Positions 37,408 through 47,376 of a stretch of DNA of 64,000 nucleotides are shown here, one piece after another. The notes below the pieces were generated by a model, which searched no databases, was not told where the DNA came from, and saw nothing but the letters and a program-made list of their open reading frames with translations. The stretch comes from Deltaproteobacteria bacterium. GTDB lineage: Bacteria > Desulfobacterota > Binatia > JACPRU01. The stretch's first letter is position 1; each line of letters begins with the position of its first letter. The DNA lies in contig JACPRU010000033.1 in assembly GCA_016189835.1 (NCBI GenBank), forward strand, positions 8,253 to 72,252, in the 5' to 3' direction. Both the position numbers and the translations under genes were made by a program.

Positions 37408-38091
37408 ATGACCCCGCGGGGGTACCTGTTCGACTACGGAGGCACGCTCGACGGCGAAGGCTGGCACTGGTTCGACCGCACCGTCTACCTCTACCGCAGA
37501 GCGGGATGCGGCGCCGCCACGCCGCTGCTGAAGCGCGCCTTCTACACGGCCGAGCGGATCATCGCCGAGGAGGCGCCGCGCGACCGCTATCGCTTGCGAC
37601 CGCTGATCGAGCGCCACGTCGAGCTGCAGATGGCGGTGCTCGGCGCCGGTGCCCGCCGCGTCGCCCCCGCAGTCGTCGCGGGCTTCTGTGCCATCACCGA
37701 GGACGGCTGGCGGCGCGCGCGCGCGACGCTCCGCCGCCTGGGCGGCGCGGCCCGCCTCGGCGTCGTCTCCAACTTCTACGGCAACCTGCGAGTACTGCTC
37801 GAGGAGGGCGGCCTCTCCCCGCTGCTCGACGCCGTGGTCGAATCCGCCCACGTCGGCGTCGAGAAACCCGATCCGGCGATCTATCGGCTGGCGGCCGAGC
37901 GCCTCGGCCTGCCGCCGGCCGACATCCTCATGGTGGGCGACAGCTTCGAGCGCGACGTGCGCGCGGCGCGCGCGGCGGGAATGCGCGCGATCTGGCTGCG
38001 CCGCGGCGTCGCCGCCGCACCCGAGGCGGGCGTCGCCGAGCGCGTGGTCGCCGCGCTCAGCGAGGTCGGCGAGCCGGCGGCCGGGCGATGA
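37408..38091 (+). CDS. HAD-superfamily (subfamily IA-like) hydrolase
   Basis: 227 aa. Motif I is YLFDYGGTLD, motif II VVSNF, motif III/IV VEKPDPAIY...MVGDSFERDV. Confidence 0.8.
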   Translation: MTPRGYLFDYGGTLDGEGWHWFDRTVYLYRRAGCGAATPLLKRAFYTAERIIAEEAPRDRYRLRPLIERHVELQMAVLGAGARRVAPAVVAGFCAITEDGWRRARATLRRLGGAARLGVVSNFYGNLRVLLEEGGLSPLLDAVVESAHVGVEKPDPAIYRLAAERLGLPPADILMVGDSFERDVRAARAAGMRAIWLRRGVAAAPEAGVAERVVAALSEVGEPAAGR

Positions 38092-38789
38092 AGGCGGGTA
38101 TCATCGCCGCCGGGCTCGGCGAGCGGCTGCGCGGCGCGGGCATCGCCACGCCGAAGCCGCTGTTGGTGGTCGGCGGCAAGACGCTTCTCGAGCGGACGAT
38201 CGAGTCGGCGGCCGAGGCGGGCGCCGAGGAGGTGGCGCTGATCATCAACGGCGAGTCGCCGGAGGTGGCGCGCTACGTGAAGGAGCGGCGCTGGCCGGTG
38301 CCGGTGCGGCTCACCGAGAAGACGACCCCGAGCTCGATGGAGAGCTTCTTCACGCTCGAGCCCGAGCTGCGAGACTCCCCGTTCCTGCTCGCCACCGTCG
38401 ATTCGATCGGCGCGCGGGGAACGCTCGCCCGGCTGGCCGAGGCGGGACGGTCGGCGGGGCCGAGCGGGACGCTGGCGATCACGCGGCTCGTCGACGACGA
38501 AAAGCCGCTGTGGGTCCGGCTCGGCGACGACGCGATGAAGATCGTCGAGATCGGCGCCGGCGCGGCCGGCAGCGGCTGGGTGACGAGCGGGGGCTACTTC
38601 TTTTTCCCCGAGGTGTACCGGCACGTCGCCGAGGCGCGCCGCCGCGGCCTCACCGCGCTTCGCCACTTTCTCGCCCTGCTGCTCGAAGAGGGGTGCCGGC
38701 TGCACGGCTTCCCCGCCGGGGACTCGATCGACGTCGACCGCCCCGAGGACATCGCGGCCGCGGAGAGGTTTCTCGCCGCTCGTGGCTGA
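38088..38789 (+). CDS. Nucleotidyltransferase (NTP_transferase/cytidylyltransferase-like)
   Basis: 233 aa. It has the N-terminal MKAGIIAAGLGERLRG...PKPLL signature. Its ATG overlaps the HAD stop (ATGA). Confidence 0.8.
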   Translation: MKAGIIAAGLGERLRGAGIATPKPLLVVGGKTLLERTIESAAEAGAEEVALIINGESPEVARYVKERRWPVPVRLTEKTTPSSMESFFTLEPELRDSPFLLATVDSIGARGTLARLAEAGRSAGPSGTLAITRLVDDEKPLWVRLGDDAMKIVEIGAGAAGSGWVTSGGYFFFPEVYRHVAEARRRGLTALRHFLALLLEEGCRLHGFPAGDSIDVDRPEDIAAAERFLAARG

Positions 38790-39558
38790 GCGCGTCGCCA
38801 TCGGCGTCTACCGCGAAGCGCGGTTCTCGCCCGGCAAGATCGAGGACGATCGGGCGATCCTCGACCGGACCGCCGCCGAGCTGCGCCGCGCCGGTGTCGC
38901 GGTGGAGATGGTCGACGGCGATCGCTTGCCCTCGCTCGAGCCCGCGCCGGCGCTGGTCTTCGCCATGTGCCAGGGGGAGCGGGCACTCGCTTGGCTGGAC
39001 GAAGCGGCCAAGCGCTCCCCGGTGGTGAACCATCCCGACGCGATCCGCGTCTGCTACCGCGTGAACCTCGTCGAACGCCTCGCCCGCCGTGGCGTGTCCC
39101 AGCCGCGCTGGGCGATCGCCGGCGAGCACTTTCCCGAAGACCTCGGCGTCGGGCCCTGGTTGAAACGCGGGGACGTGCATGCCATGGAGGCGGGTGACGT
39201 GCGGCGGGTGTTCACGGCCGAGGAGTGGACGGGGATCGCCGCCGATTTCCAGCGCAGGGGGATCGGTCGAGCCATCGTGCAGCAGCACGCGGAGGGATCC
39301 GTGTACAAGTTCTACGGCGTGAGGGGCGGATTCTTTCGCGCCTTCGGGCTGCCGGCGGGGCAGGAGGAGGCCGCGGCGGCGCTCGCCGAGCGGGCGGGCG
39401 ACGCGCTCGGGCTCGACGTCTACGGCGGCGACGGCGCCGCCGGCCCCTCGCTCGCGCTGATCGACGTCAACGACTGGCCGAGCTTCTCGCGCTGCCGCGA
39501 CGAGGCCGCCGCGGCGATCGGCCGGCGCTTGCTCGCGCGGATGGAGAATCGGGAGTGA
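38782..39558 (+). CDS. ATP-grasp fold protein (RimK/ITPK-like ligase or kinase)
   Basis: 258 aa. Lys/Gly-containing segments (PWLKRGDVHA, VQQHAEGSVYKFYGV) and a C-terminal LIDVNDWPSF motif are typical of ATP-grasp enzymes. The GTG start overlaps the upstream gene by 8 nt. Confidence 0.55.
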   Translation: MAERVAIGVYREARFSPGKIEDDRAILDRTAAELRRAGVAVEMVDGDRLPSLEPAPALVFAMCQGERALAWLDEAAKRSPVVNHPDAIRVCYRVNLVERLARRGVSQPRWAIAGEHFPEDLGVGPWLKRGDVHAMEAGDVRRVFTAEEWTGIAADFQRRGIGRAIVQQHAEGSVYKFYGVRGGFFRAFGLPAGQEEAAAALAERAGDALGLDVYGGDGAAGPSLALIDVNDWPSFSRCRDEAAAAIGRRLLARMENRE

Positions 39559-39559
39559 C

Positions 39560-40909
39560 ATGAAGGTCGAGAAGAACAGCGGGCCGCCGGCGAGCGTTCC
39601 CGGGCCGCGGTCGAGACGGATCCACGCCGAGGAGCAGAAGGTGATCGCGCCGGGCCTACAGCGCATCGCGCTGCTCTCCGAGCTCACGCTCACCTCCGGA
39701 CGCGGAGCCACCGTCGAGGACGCCGACGGCAACCGCTACGTGGACTTCTTCGCCGGCGTGGCGGTGGCGAGCCTCGGCCACTCGCACCCGCACTGGGTGT
39801 CGCGGATGGAGGAGCAGATCCGCAAGATCTCGGTCGGCAGCTTCACCACCGAGAATCGCCTGCGCTTTCTCCAGAAGCTCGCCGAGGTCACCCCCGGAAG
39901 CCTCGACCGCGCGCAGCTCTACAGCGGCGGCGCCGAGGCGGTCGAGGCGGCGATCCGCCTCGCCAAGTCCTACACCAAGAACTACGAGGTCGTCGGCTTC
40001 TGGGGCGGGTTCCACGGCAAGACCACCGGCGTCGTCGGGCTGATGGGCGACGAGGGCAAGCACGGCTGGGGCCCGCTGCCCGGCGGGCGCTTCCTCACCC
40101 CCTACGCCGATTGCTACCGCTGCCCGATCGGCCTCGATTACCCGAGCTGCGGCGTGGCCTGCGCGGAGTTCGCGCGCAAGACGATCAAGAACGCGACCTC
40201 GGGTGCGGTGGCGGCGGTGCTGATCGAGCCCATGCAGGGCACGGCCGGCAACGTGGTGCCGCCGCCGGAGTTCCTGCCCGCCATCCGCGACATCGCCCAC
40301 GAGGCCGGAGCGCTGCTCATCGCCGATGAAATGATCACCGGCTTCGCCCGCACCGGCACGATGTTCGGCGTGGAGCACTCGGGAGTGGTCCCGGACATCA
40401 TGACCACCGGCAAGGGAATGGCCAGCGGCTATCCGGTGACGGCGGTGATCTCCACCGACGAAATCAGCCGCGCCGAGCCGTGGGCCAAGCCCTCGGGTGC
40501 TTCGTCGAGCTATGGCGGCAACCCGCTGGCGGCGACCGCCGCGCTCGCCACGCTCGAAACCGTGCTCGAAGAGAAGCTCGCCGAGCGCTCCCGCGATCTC
40601 GGCGCGGAGATGAAGCGGCGCTTGCTCGCGCTGCAGGAGAAGTACGAGTTCATCGGCGACGTGCGCGGCGTCGGCCTGCTGATCGGCGTCGATCTGGTGC
40701 GCGACCGCAAGACCAAGGAGCCGCTCGCCAGGAAGGTCACCGAGCGCATCTTCCTCGAATGTCTGCGTCGCGGCCTCTTGCTCATGGGCTACATGCCGCG
40801 CGTGCGCATCAACCCGCCGCTCACCGTCACGCGGGAAGAGATGGAGCGTGGGCTCGGCGTGCTCGACGAGGTCTTCGCCGAGATCGCCCGCGACCGCAGC
40901 TACCGGTGA
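39560..40909 (+). CDS. Class III pyridoxal-phosphate aminotransferase
   Basis: 449 aa. Motifs SGGAEAVEAAIRLAK, LIADEMITGFARTG and the PLP lysine motif TTGKGMASGYP. Confidence 0.85.
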   Translation: MKVEKNSGPPASVPGPRSRRIHAEEQKVIAPGLQRIALLSELTLTSGRGATVEDADGNRYVDFFAGVAVASLGHSHPHWVSRMEEQIRKISVGSFTTENRLRFLQKLAEVTPGSLDRAQLYSGGAEAVEAAIRLAKSYTKNYEVVGFWGGFHGKTTGVVGLMGDEGKHGWGPLPGGRFLTPYADCYRCPIGLDYPSCGVACAEFARKTIKNATSGAVAAVLIEPMQGTAGNVVPPPEFLPAIRDIAHEAGALLIADEMITGFARTGTMFGVEHSGVVPDIMTTGKGMASGYPVTAVISTDEISRAEPWAKPSGASSSYGGNPLAATAALATLETVLEEKLAERSRDLGAEMKRRLLALQEKYEFIGDVRGVGLLIGVDLVRDRKTKEPLARKVTERIFLECLRRGLLLMGYMPRVRINPPLTVTREEMERGLGVLDEVFAEIARDRSYR

Positions 40910-41925
40910 AGAAGCACCGAGGCGCGATCGCCGGCTTCGGCAAGGTGGCCGCCGAAGCGCACTTCCCCGGCTTTCGCCAAGCGTCGGGCTTCGAGATCGC
41001 CGCGGTGGTCGATCCCTCCGAGAAGCGGCGCGCGGCAGCGCTGGCCGCGCTCCCCGGAGTGCGCGTCTACGCCGACCTCGCCGCGGCGCTCGCGGCCGAG
41101 GGACGGCTCGACTTCGTCGACGTGGCGACGCCGCCGCGGCTGCACGCGCCGACCTGCCTGCAGGCGCTCGCGCGCGGCCTGCACGTGCTCTGCGAGAAGC
41201 CGCTGGCGCTCGATCTCGCCGAGATCGCCGAGTTGCGGCGCGCGGTTCGCCGCAGCGGCCGCACGCTGTTCACGGTGCACAACTGGAAGTACGCCCCGCT
41301 GGTTCGCCGCCTGCACGGCCTGCTGCGCGCCGGCACGATCGGCGAGACCCGCGAGATCGACTGGGAGGTGTTGCGGCCGAGCCCGCCGCAGGGCGCGGCC
41401 GAGGCCGGCTGGCGCCTCGACCCCGGGCAGGCGGGCGGCGGCATCCTCGTGGATCACGGCTGGCACGCGTTCTATCTGATGCTGTTTCTGATCGGGCTGC
41501 CGCCGCGATCGATCGTCGCGCGGCGGAGCACCGCGCTCGGTTTCGGCGTCGAGGACGGAGCGGAATGCGAGCTCGACTTCGGCGACGCGCTCGCGCGCAT
41601 CCGGCTGCGCTGGGGCGCCGCCGAGCGCCGCGCCGGCGGCGTCGTGCGCGGCTCGCTCGGCGAGATCCGCATCGAAGACGATCGACTGACGGTGGCGCCG
41701 AGCGATCGTTCGACGCAGGTCACCCGCTTCTCGCCCGCGCTCTCCGCCAGCTCCTACCACCCGGAATGGTTCCCGGCGCTGCTCGAGGACTTCCGCGCCG
41801 AGATGCAGCACCCCGACCAGCGCGGCCGCAGCTTCGTCGAGGCCGTGCGGGTGGCCGAGATGATGGCTGCGGCCTACCGCTCCGAGGGGCGAATGATCTC
41901 GCTCGCGGCCGCGGAGCGCGCCTGA
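40906..41925 (+). CDS. Gfo/Idh/MocA-family NAD(P)-dependent oxidoreductase
   Basis: 339 aa from a GTG that overlaps the upstream stop (GTGA). Rossmann segment [12 protein letters not shown]; CEKPLA motif. Confidence 0.8.
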   Translation: MKKHRGAIAGFGKVAAEAHFPGFRQASGFEIAAVVDPSEKRRAAALAALPGVRVYADLAAALAAEGRLDFVDVATPPRLHAPTCLQALARGLHVLCEKPLALDLAEIAELRRAVRRSGRTLFTVHNWKYAPLVRRLHGLLRAGTIGETREIDWEVLRPSPPQGAAEAGWRLDPGQAGGGILVDHGWHAFYLMLFLIGLPPRSIVARRSTALGFGVEDGAECELDFGDALARIRLRWGAAERRAGGVVRGSLGEIRIEDDRLTVAPSDRSTQVTRFSPALSASSYHPEWFPALLEDFRAEMQHPDQRGRSFVEAVRVAEMMAAAYRSEGRMISLAAAERA

Positions 41926-43085
41926 TGGCGCTCGACCTGAGCGGCGGCCTCGCCGAGAGGCTGCCGGGGAGCCGGATCGTCGTCTGGTGCGGCGCGCAGG
42001 GTGCGCGAGTGGCGGGCGTCGAAGGGTGGCGGCGTGCGGTCTACACGGCCTGCCGCGCGGGCTTCGAGAGCCTGCTCGTCGTCGTCGAAGGCGATGCCGA
42101 GCGCGTGCGGCGCGAGCTGTCGGCCGATCCCCGGCTCGCCGGACGGCGCTGGGAGGTGGCACACGCGCGCGAGGCGTGGGCTGTGCGGGTCGCCGAGGCC
42201 GGCGGCCGGTGGGTGTCGCTCGACGATCGCTGGGTCGTCGACGCGGCGCACCTGCGGCAGCTCGCCGAAGGCCGCGGTGCGCTGGTCTCGGCTGCTCCGG
42301 ACGGCCCCCTGGCCGCCGACGCGGCGGAGCTCGCGGCGCTGGCGGCCGCAGGCTGGACGCCCCGCTTGCGCCGGCCGTCCGCCGGGCGGCCGATCGACCC
42401 GCCGGCGGTCTACGTGCGCGTCGAATCCGCCGCCGACGTGGCCGCCGCCGAGGACGCGCTGTTCCGGAGCCTCGCCCGCAACGCCACGACCTTCTTCGCG
42501 CGCCACGTCGATCGAGCGCTGTCGCGGGCGATCTCGCGGCGGCTCGCGCCTCATCCGGTGACGCCCGACCAGATCACGATCTTCTCGATCGGGCTGGGCG
42601 TGGTCGGGGCGCTCTGCCTGCTACGGCCGAGCTACGGCTTCGGGCTGCTCGGTTCGTTCCTGTTCCTCGCCTCGACGGTGATCGACGGCTGCGACGGCGA
42701 GATCGCTCGGCTCAAGTTCCAGGAGTCGGCGCGCGGCGCCAGGCTCGACGTCATCGGCGACAACGTCGTCCACGCGTTCCTCTTCCCCTGCGTCGCGCTG
42801 CACGCCCACTTCGGCGATCCGACTGGCCCCTATCTCTGGCTCGGCACGGCCGCGCTGGCCGGCGTGCTGGTCACCTGGGCCGTCGTCTACGCGCTGATCG
42901 TGCGCGGCCGGCCGTCGGGGCGGCTGCTCGGTTTCTTCGAGCTGTTCGGCAACCGCGAGTTCGCCTACCTGTTCTTCGTTCTCGGGCTGATCGGCAAGCT
43001 GCACTGGTTCGTGTGGGGGATGGCGGTCGGGCTGTGGGTGTTCCCGCTCGGCCTCGTCGTCCTGCGCTGGCTGGAGCCCCGATGA
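41925..43085 (+). CDS. Two-domain protein: unknown N-terminal domain plus CDP-alcohol phosphatidyltransferase
   Basis: 386 aa. The signature is [30 protein letters not shown] (D-G-x2-A-R-x8-G-x3-D-x3-D) inside a polytopic C-terminal half. The start overlaps the upstream stop (TGATG). Confidence 0.8.
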   Translation: MALDLSGGLAERLPGSRIVVWCGAQGARVAGVEGWRRAVYTACRAGFESLLVVVEGDAERVRRELSADPRLAGRRWEVAHAREAWAVRVAEAGGRWVSLDDRWVVDAAHLRQLAEGRGALVSAAPDGPLAADAAELAALAAAGWTPRLRRPSAGRPIDPPAVYVRVESAADVAAAEDALFRSLARNATTFFARHVDRALSRAISRRLAPHPVTPDQITIFSIGLGVVGALCLLRPSYGFGLLGSFLFLASTVIDGCDGEIARLKFQESARGARLDVIGDNVVHAFLFPCVALHAHFGDPTGPYLWLGTAALAGVLVTWAVVYALIVRGRPSGRLLGFFELFGNREFAYLFFVLGLIGKLHWFVWGMAVGLWVFPLGLVVLRWLEPR

Positions 43086-43309
43086 GGCTCGACTTTTCCT
43101 ACCCGCCCCGGCATGGGAGCGGTGAGGTGAGCGTCCCCGACACCGTCCGTTGCCCGACCTGCCGCCGCGTCGGCCCCTGGGCGGGAAACCCCCATCGGCC
43201 GTTCTGCTCGCAGCGCTGCAAGCTCGCCGATCTCGGCAACTGGGCGAGCGAGCGCTATCGCATCGCCGCGGAGCGCGTCCCCGTCGACGAGGAGGAGAGC
43301 GAGGAATGA
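43082..43309 (+). CDS. yacG: YacG-like zinc-finger protein (DNA gyrase inhibitor family)
   Basis: 75 aa. CPTC...[21 protein letters not shown] is the YacG signature. ATGA overlaps occur at both ends. Confidence 0.75.
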   Translation: MRLDFSYPPRHGSGEVSVPDTVRCPTCRRVGPWAGNPHRPFCSQRCKLADLGNWASERYRIAAERVPVDEEESEE

Positions 43310-44103
43310 TTCATCCGACCGCGATCGTCGACCCGCGGGCGGAGATCGACCCCACCGCGGAGATCGGCGCGTACGCGGTGATCGAGGGTCCGGCGCGCAT
43401 CGGCGTGCGCACCCGGGTGATGGCCCGGGCGGTCGTCACCGGGGGCGCGGCGCTCGGCGCCGACAACGTCGTGCACTACGGGGCGGTGCTCGGCGACGTG
43501 CCGCAGGACCTCGCCTTCGCCGGCGCGGAATCCTTCCTGCGGATCGGCGACGGCAACGTGTTCCGCGAGCACTCGACGGTTCATCGAGGCACCCGGCCGG
43601 GCAGCGCGACCGTGATCGGCAACCGCAACTACTTCATGCAGAACAGCCACGTCGCGCACAACTGCGCGATCGGCGACGACGCCATCGTCGCCGGCGGCGC
43701 GCTGCTCTCGGGCTACGTCGAGCTCGGCGACCGGGGCTTCGTCTCGGGAAACTGCGTGGTGCATCAGTTCGTTCGCATCGGCCGCCTGGCGCTGCTGCGC
43801 GGCCTGTCGCGCACCAGCCGCGACGTGCCGCCGTTCTGCATCATGGACGGCACGCACACGGTGAGAGCCGTCAACCGGGTGGGCTTGCACCGCGCCGGGT
43901 TCTCCGCCGAGGCCCTGCGGGCGCTGCGCAACGCCTTCAAGGCCCTGTTCCTGCGGCCGCGAAATCTCCGGCAGGCGCTCGCCGAGGTCGAGGCCGAGCC
44001 GATGACCGCGGAGGTGAAGGAGCTGGTCGACTTCATCCGCGCTTCCAAGCGCGGCGTCTGCTTCGGGCCCCGGGCCGACGGGCCGGACGCCGAGGCCGGC
44101 TAG
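43306..44103 (+). CDS. lpxA: Acyl-ACP--UDP-N-acetylglucosamine O-acyltransferase
   Basis: 265 aa. It starts [14 protein letters not shown] and has left-handed beta-helix hexapeptide repeats. The [10 protein letters not shown] catalytic region and a C-terminal helical domain are present. Confidence 0.85.
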   Translation: MIHPTAIVDPRAEIDPTAEIGAYAVIEGPARIGVRTRVMARAVVTGGAALGADNVVHYGAVLGDVPQDLAFAGAESFLRIGDGNVFREHSTVHRGTRPGSATVIGNRNYFMQNSHVAHNCAIGDDAIVAGGALLSGYVELGDRGFVSGNCVVHQFVRIGRLALLRGLSRTSRDVPPFCIMDGTHTVRAVNRVGLHRAGFSAEALRALRNAFKALFLRPRNLRQALAEVEAEPMTAEVKELVDFIRASKRGVCFGPRADGPDAEAG

Positions 44104-45255
44104 CTAAGCGGCGGGAAGGCCGAGCCCGCGCAGCGCGAGAATGTTGCGCAGGATCGTCGAGGTGCCGCCCATGATCGTGTAGCCGGGAGCGAAAGCGACG
44201 GCGCGCGCCACGCGGCCGGCGAGCCGCGCCGCGGGGGAGCCGGGCAGCAGCAGCGCGTGCGGGCCGAGGGCCTGCGCGGCCAGCTCGGCGATCTCCTGCT
44301 CGAGCTCGGTCGCGAACGCCTTGGTGAGCGCGGATTCCTTGTTGGGAACGATGCCCTGCGACAACAGCCAGGCGACGCGGTAGATGAGCCAGCGGCCGAT
44401 CGTCACGCGGGTGAGCACGCTCGCCAGCCGATCGCGCCACAGCGGATCCTCGGCGAGGCCCGTCTCGCGGGCGTGAGCGCGCACGTCTTCGAGAACGCGG
44501 GCGTTCGACAGCAACCGCTCGATGCCGCTGCGCTCGTAGTCGAGCTGCGCGGCGATCTGGTACCAGCCGCGGTTCTCCTCGCCGACCAGCCAGCGGCGCT
44601 CGACGCGAACGCCCTCGAAGAAGATTTCGTTGAAATGATGTTCGCCGGCCATGTCGATGATCGGCCGCACGGTGATGCCCGGGGTGCGCATGTCGACGAG
44701 CAGCTCGCTCAAGCCGCGGTGCTTGGCGGCGTGCGGGTCGGTGCGGGCGACGAGATAGCAGTAGTCGGCCTCGTGGGCATTCGTGGTCCAGATCTTGTGG
44801 CCGTCGACGACGTAGTGGTCGCCGTCGGCGACCGCCCGCGTGCGCAGCGCGGCGAGGTCGGAGCCGGCGTTCGGCTCGCTCATGCCGACGCAGAACACCA
44901 GCTCGCCGCGCACGATCCTCGGCAGCAGCTCGCGGCGCTGCTCCTCGCTGCCGTGCGCCAGCAGCGCCGGGCCGATCTGGCGATCGGCCATCCAGTGGGC
45001 CGCAACCGGGGCGCCCGCCCGCAGCAGCTCCTCGGTGATGATCAGCCGCTCGAGATAGCTCCCCTCGCTGCCGCCGTAGCGCTTCGGCCAGGTGTAGCCG
45101 ATCCAGCCGCGCTCGCCGAGGGCTCGGGAGAATTCGCGGGAGAAGCCGACGATCCAGCCATCGTCCCGCGCGTCAGCGGGAGCGAGGCGCTCGCGAAGGA
45201 ACGCTCGCACCTCCTCTCGCAGCCGCTCTTCGGCCGGCGTCGGTGCGAAGTCCAA
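44104..45255 (-). CDS. Acyl-CoA dehydrogenase
   Basis: 383 aa with ACAD N/M/C patterns (GMSEPNAGSDLA, HKIWTTNA, C-terminal GGTSTILRNI). Confidence 0.85.
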   Translation of the reverse strand: MDFAPTPAEERLREEVRAFLRERLAPADARDDGWIVGFSREFSRALGERGWIGYTWPKRYGGSEGSYLERLIITEELLRAGAPVAAHWMADRQIGPALLAHGSEEQRRELLPRIVRGELVFCVGMSEPNAGSDLAALRTRAVADGDHYVVDGHKIWTTNAHEADYCYLVARTDPHAAKHRGLSELLVDMRTPGITVRPIIDMAGEHHFNEIFFEGVRVERRWLVGEENRGWYQIAAQLDYERSGIERLLSNARVLEDVRAHARETGLAEDPLWRDRLASVLTRVTIGRWLIYRVAWLLSQGIVPNKESALTKAFATELEQEIAELAAQALGPHALLLPGSPAARLAGRVARAVAFAPGYTIMGGTSTILRNILALRGLGLPAA

Positions 45256-45258
45256 GGC

Positions 45259-45873
45259 TTACTTCCCGGCGCTCACCACGCGCATCGACCGGATGACCAC
45301 GGCGTCGACCGGCACGTCCTCGTACATGCCCCGGGTGTCGGTCTGCACGGCCTCGATCTTCTGCACGACCTTCAGGCCTTCGATCACCTTGCCGAACACG
45401 CAGTATCCGAAGCCCTGGATCGTGTCGTCCTTGTGGTTCAGGAAGTCGTTGTCCTTGACGTTGATGAAGAACTGCGCGGTGGCGCTGTCGACGTCCGGCG
45501 TGCGCGCCATGGCGAGCGTGCCGGTCTCGTTCTTCAAGCCGTTGCCGGCCTCGTTCTTGATCGGCGCCTTGGTCGGCTTCTGTTTCATGTCGGGCATGAA
45601 GCCGCCGCCCTGGATCATGAAACGCGGGATCACGCGGTGGAAGACCGTCCCGTCGTAGAACTTGTCGTTCACGTAGCCGAGGAAGTTCTCGACCGTCTTC
45701 GGCGCCTTGTCCTGGAAGAGCTCGATCTTCACGTCGCCCATCGACGTCGACATCAGCACGATCGGGTCGTTCGGGTTCTGCGGCTTGCCGTCTTCGGCCA
45801 TGGTGCACCCCACGCTGAGCGCCCCGATGGCGAATGTGAGCACGGCCACGAGGGTTCCGAGTCGTCGAATCAT
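45259..45873 (-). CDS. Cyclophilin-type peptidyl-prolyl cis-trans isomerase, exported or lipoprotein
   Basis: Signal [23 protein letters not shown] from the internal ATG. Cyclophilin motifs are [22 protein letters not shown] and SQFFIN-like TAQFFIN. Confidence 0.85.
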   Translation of the reverse strand: MIRRLGTLVAVLTFAIGALSVGCTMAEDGKPQNPNDPIVLMSTSMGDVKIELFQDKAPKTVENFLGYVNDKFYDGTVFHRVIPRFMIQGGGFMPDMKQKPTKAPIKNEAGNGLKNETGTLAMARTPDVDSATAQFFINVKDNDFLNHKDDTIQGFGYCVFGKVIEGLKVVQKIEAVQTDTRGMYEDVPVDAVVIRSMRVVSAGK

Positions 45874-45959
45874 CGCCGGCGGTTTCTCAAATCGGCCGGT
45901 GGAAATCAATCCGATTGAAATCGTCGCCCGCTTCGGCAATGGGATGGCGTAACGCGGTC

Positions 45960-47351
45960 ATGCGATTCGACGAGCGGGTGAAGGACCTTCTCTCCCGGGA
46001 GAGCGCGGGGGGCAGCGTCACCGTGCGCGGCTGGCTGAAGACCGCGCGCCACGGCAAGGAGATCTCGTTCCTCGAGGTCTCCGACGGCTCCTGCTTCGCC
46101 GGCATCCAGGCGGTCGCCGAGACGGCGCTCGCGAACTACGAGAGCGAGGTGAAGCACCTGCAGGCGGGTTGTGCGGTGCGGGTCACCGGAGATCTCGTCG
46201 ATTCGCCGGGCAAGGAGCAGCGCTTCGAGATCCGCGCCTCGCGGGTCGAGGTGATGGGCGGGGTGGGCGCGGACTATCCGCTGCAGAAGAAGCGGCACTC
46301 CTTCGAGTTCCTGCGCACGATCGCCCACCTGCGCCCGCGCACCAACACGTTCGGCGCCGTGCTACGGGTGCGCAACGCCGCCGCGCGCGCCATCCACGAG
46401 TTCTTCCAGAGCCGCGGCTTCGTCCAGCTGCACGCGCCGATCATCACCGCCTCGGACTGCGAGGGCGCGGGCGAGATGTTCCGGGTATCGACGCTCGACG
46501 CGGCATCGCCGCCGCGCGACGGCGCCGGGCGGGTCGATTTCTCTCAGGATTTCTTCGGCCGCGAGGCGCATCTCACGGTCTCGGGGCAGCTCGAGGCCGA
46601 GACGGTCGCGCTCGCGCTCTCCAAGGTCTACACGTTCGGGCCGACGTTCCGCGCCGAGAACTCCAACACCAGCCGCCACCTCGCCGAGTTCTGGATGGTC
46701 GAGCCGGAAATGGCCTTCTGCGACCTCGAAGGCGACATGGAGATCGCCGAGGCGTTCCTGAAGCATCTCTTCCGCGCCGTTCTCGAGGCCTGCCCCGACG
46801 ACATGCGCTTCTTCGCCGAGCGCATCGACAAGGGCGTGATCGACACGCTCGAGCACATCGTCGCCGCCTCCTTCGAGCGGCTCACCTACTCGCAGGCCGT
46901 GGACATCCTGCGGAAGTGCGGCAAGAGCTTCGAGTTCCCGGTCGAGTGGGGCAAGGACCTGCAGAGCGAGCACGAGCGCTATCTCACCGAGGAGCACCTT
47001 CGCAAACCGGTGATCGTCACCGACTATCCGAAGGAGATCAAAGCCTTCTACATGTACGTGAACGACGACGGGGAGACCGTGCGGGCGATGGACGTGCTGG
47101 TGCCGCGCATCGGCGAGATCATCGGCGGCTCGCAGCGCGAGGACCGCATGGAGGTGCTGCAGCGGCGCATCGCCGAGAGCGGCCTGCGCGCGGCGGACTA
47201 CTGGTGGTACCTCGATCTGCGCCGGCACGGCTCGGTGCCGCACGCGGGCTTCGGGCTCGGCTTCGAGCGCGCCGTGCAGTTCATTACCGGCATGCAGAAC
47301 ATCCGCGACGTGATCCCGTTCCCGCGCGTGCCGGGATACATCGAGTTCTGA
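45960..47351 (+). CDS. asnS: Asparagine--tRNA ligase
   Basis: 463 aa from [10 protein letters not shown]. It has an OB anticodon domain and class IIb motifs ([48 protein letters not shown]). Confidence 0.85.
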   Translation: MRFDERVKDLLSRESAGGSVTVRGWLKTARHGKEISFLEVSDGSCFAGIQAVAETALANYESEVKHLQAGCAVRVTGDLVDSPGKEQRFEIRASRVEVMGGVGADYPLQKKRHSFEFLRTIAHLRPRTNTFGAVLRVRNAAARAIHEFFQSRGFVQLHAPIITASDCEGAGEMFRVSTLDAASPPRDGAGRVDFSQDFFGREAHLTVSGQLEAETVALALSKVYTFGPTFRAENSNTSRHLAEFWMVEPEMAFCDLEGDMEIAEAFLKHLFRAVLEACPDDMRFFAERIDKGVIDTLEHIVAASFERLTYSQAVDILRKCGKSFEFPVEWGKDLQSEHERYLTEEHLRKPVIVTDYPKEIKAFYMYVNDDGETVRAMDVLVPRIGEIIGGSQREDRMEVLQRRIAESGLRAADYWWYLDLRRHGSVPHAGFGLGFERAVQFITGMQNIRDVIPFPRVPGYIEF

Positions 47352-47376
47352 CTCTGCGCCGCGGAGGACCCTCGAC

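Noticed and set aside
40848-41924. 5' part of the 745-aa ORF 40848..43085, and similar N-terminal extensions (ORF 33190..35028 for asd, 34302..35630 for the L,D-transpeptidase, 62033..63403 for rsmI, 24030..24596 for the DUF35 protein)
   Set aside because: In each case the extension overlaps a well-supported neighbouring gene and has aberrant composition. An internal start gives a protein with the normal family N-terminus (signal peptide, Rossmann motif or coupling to the upstream stop).
44101-44106. Abutting convergent stop codons of lpxA (TAG 44101-44103) and the acyl-CoA dehydrogenase (cta 44104-44106), with no intergenic terminator
   Set aside because: This is real but unremarkable in a compact GC-rich genome. 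No structure or additional feature is associated with it.
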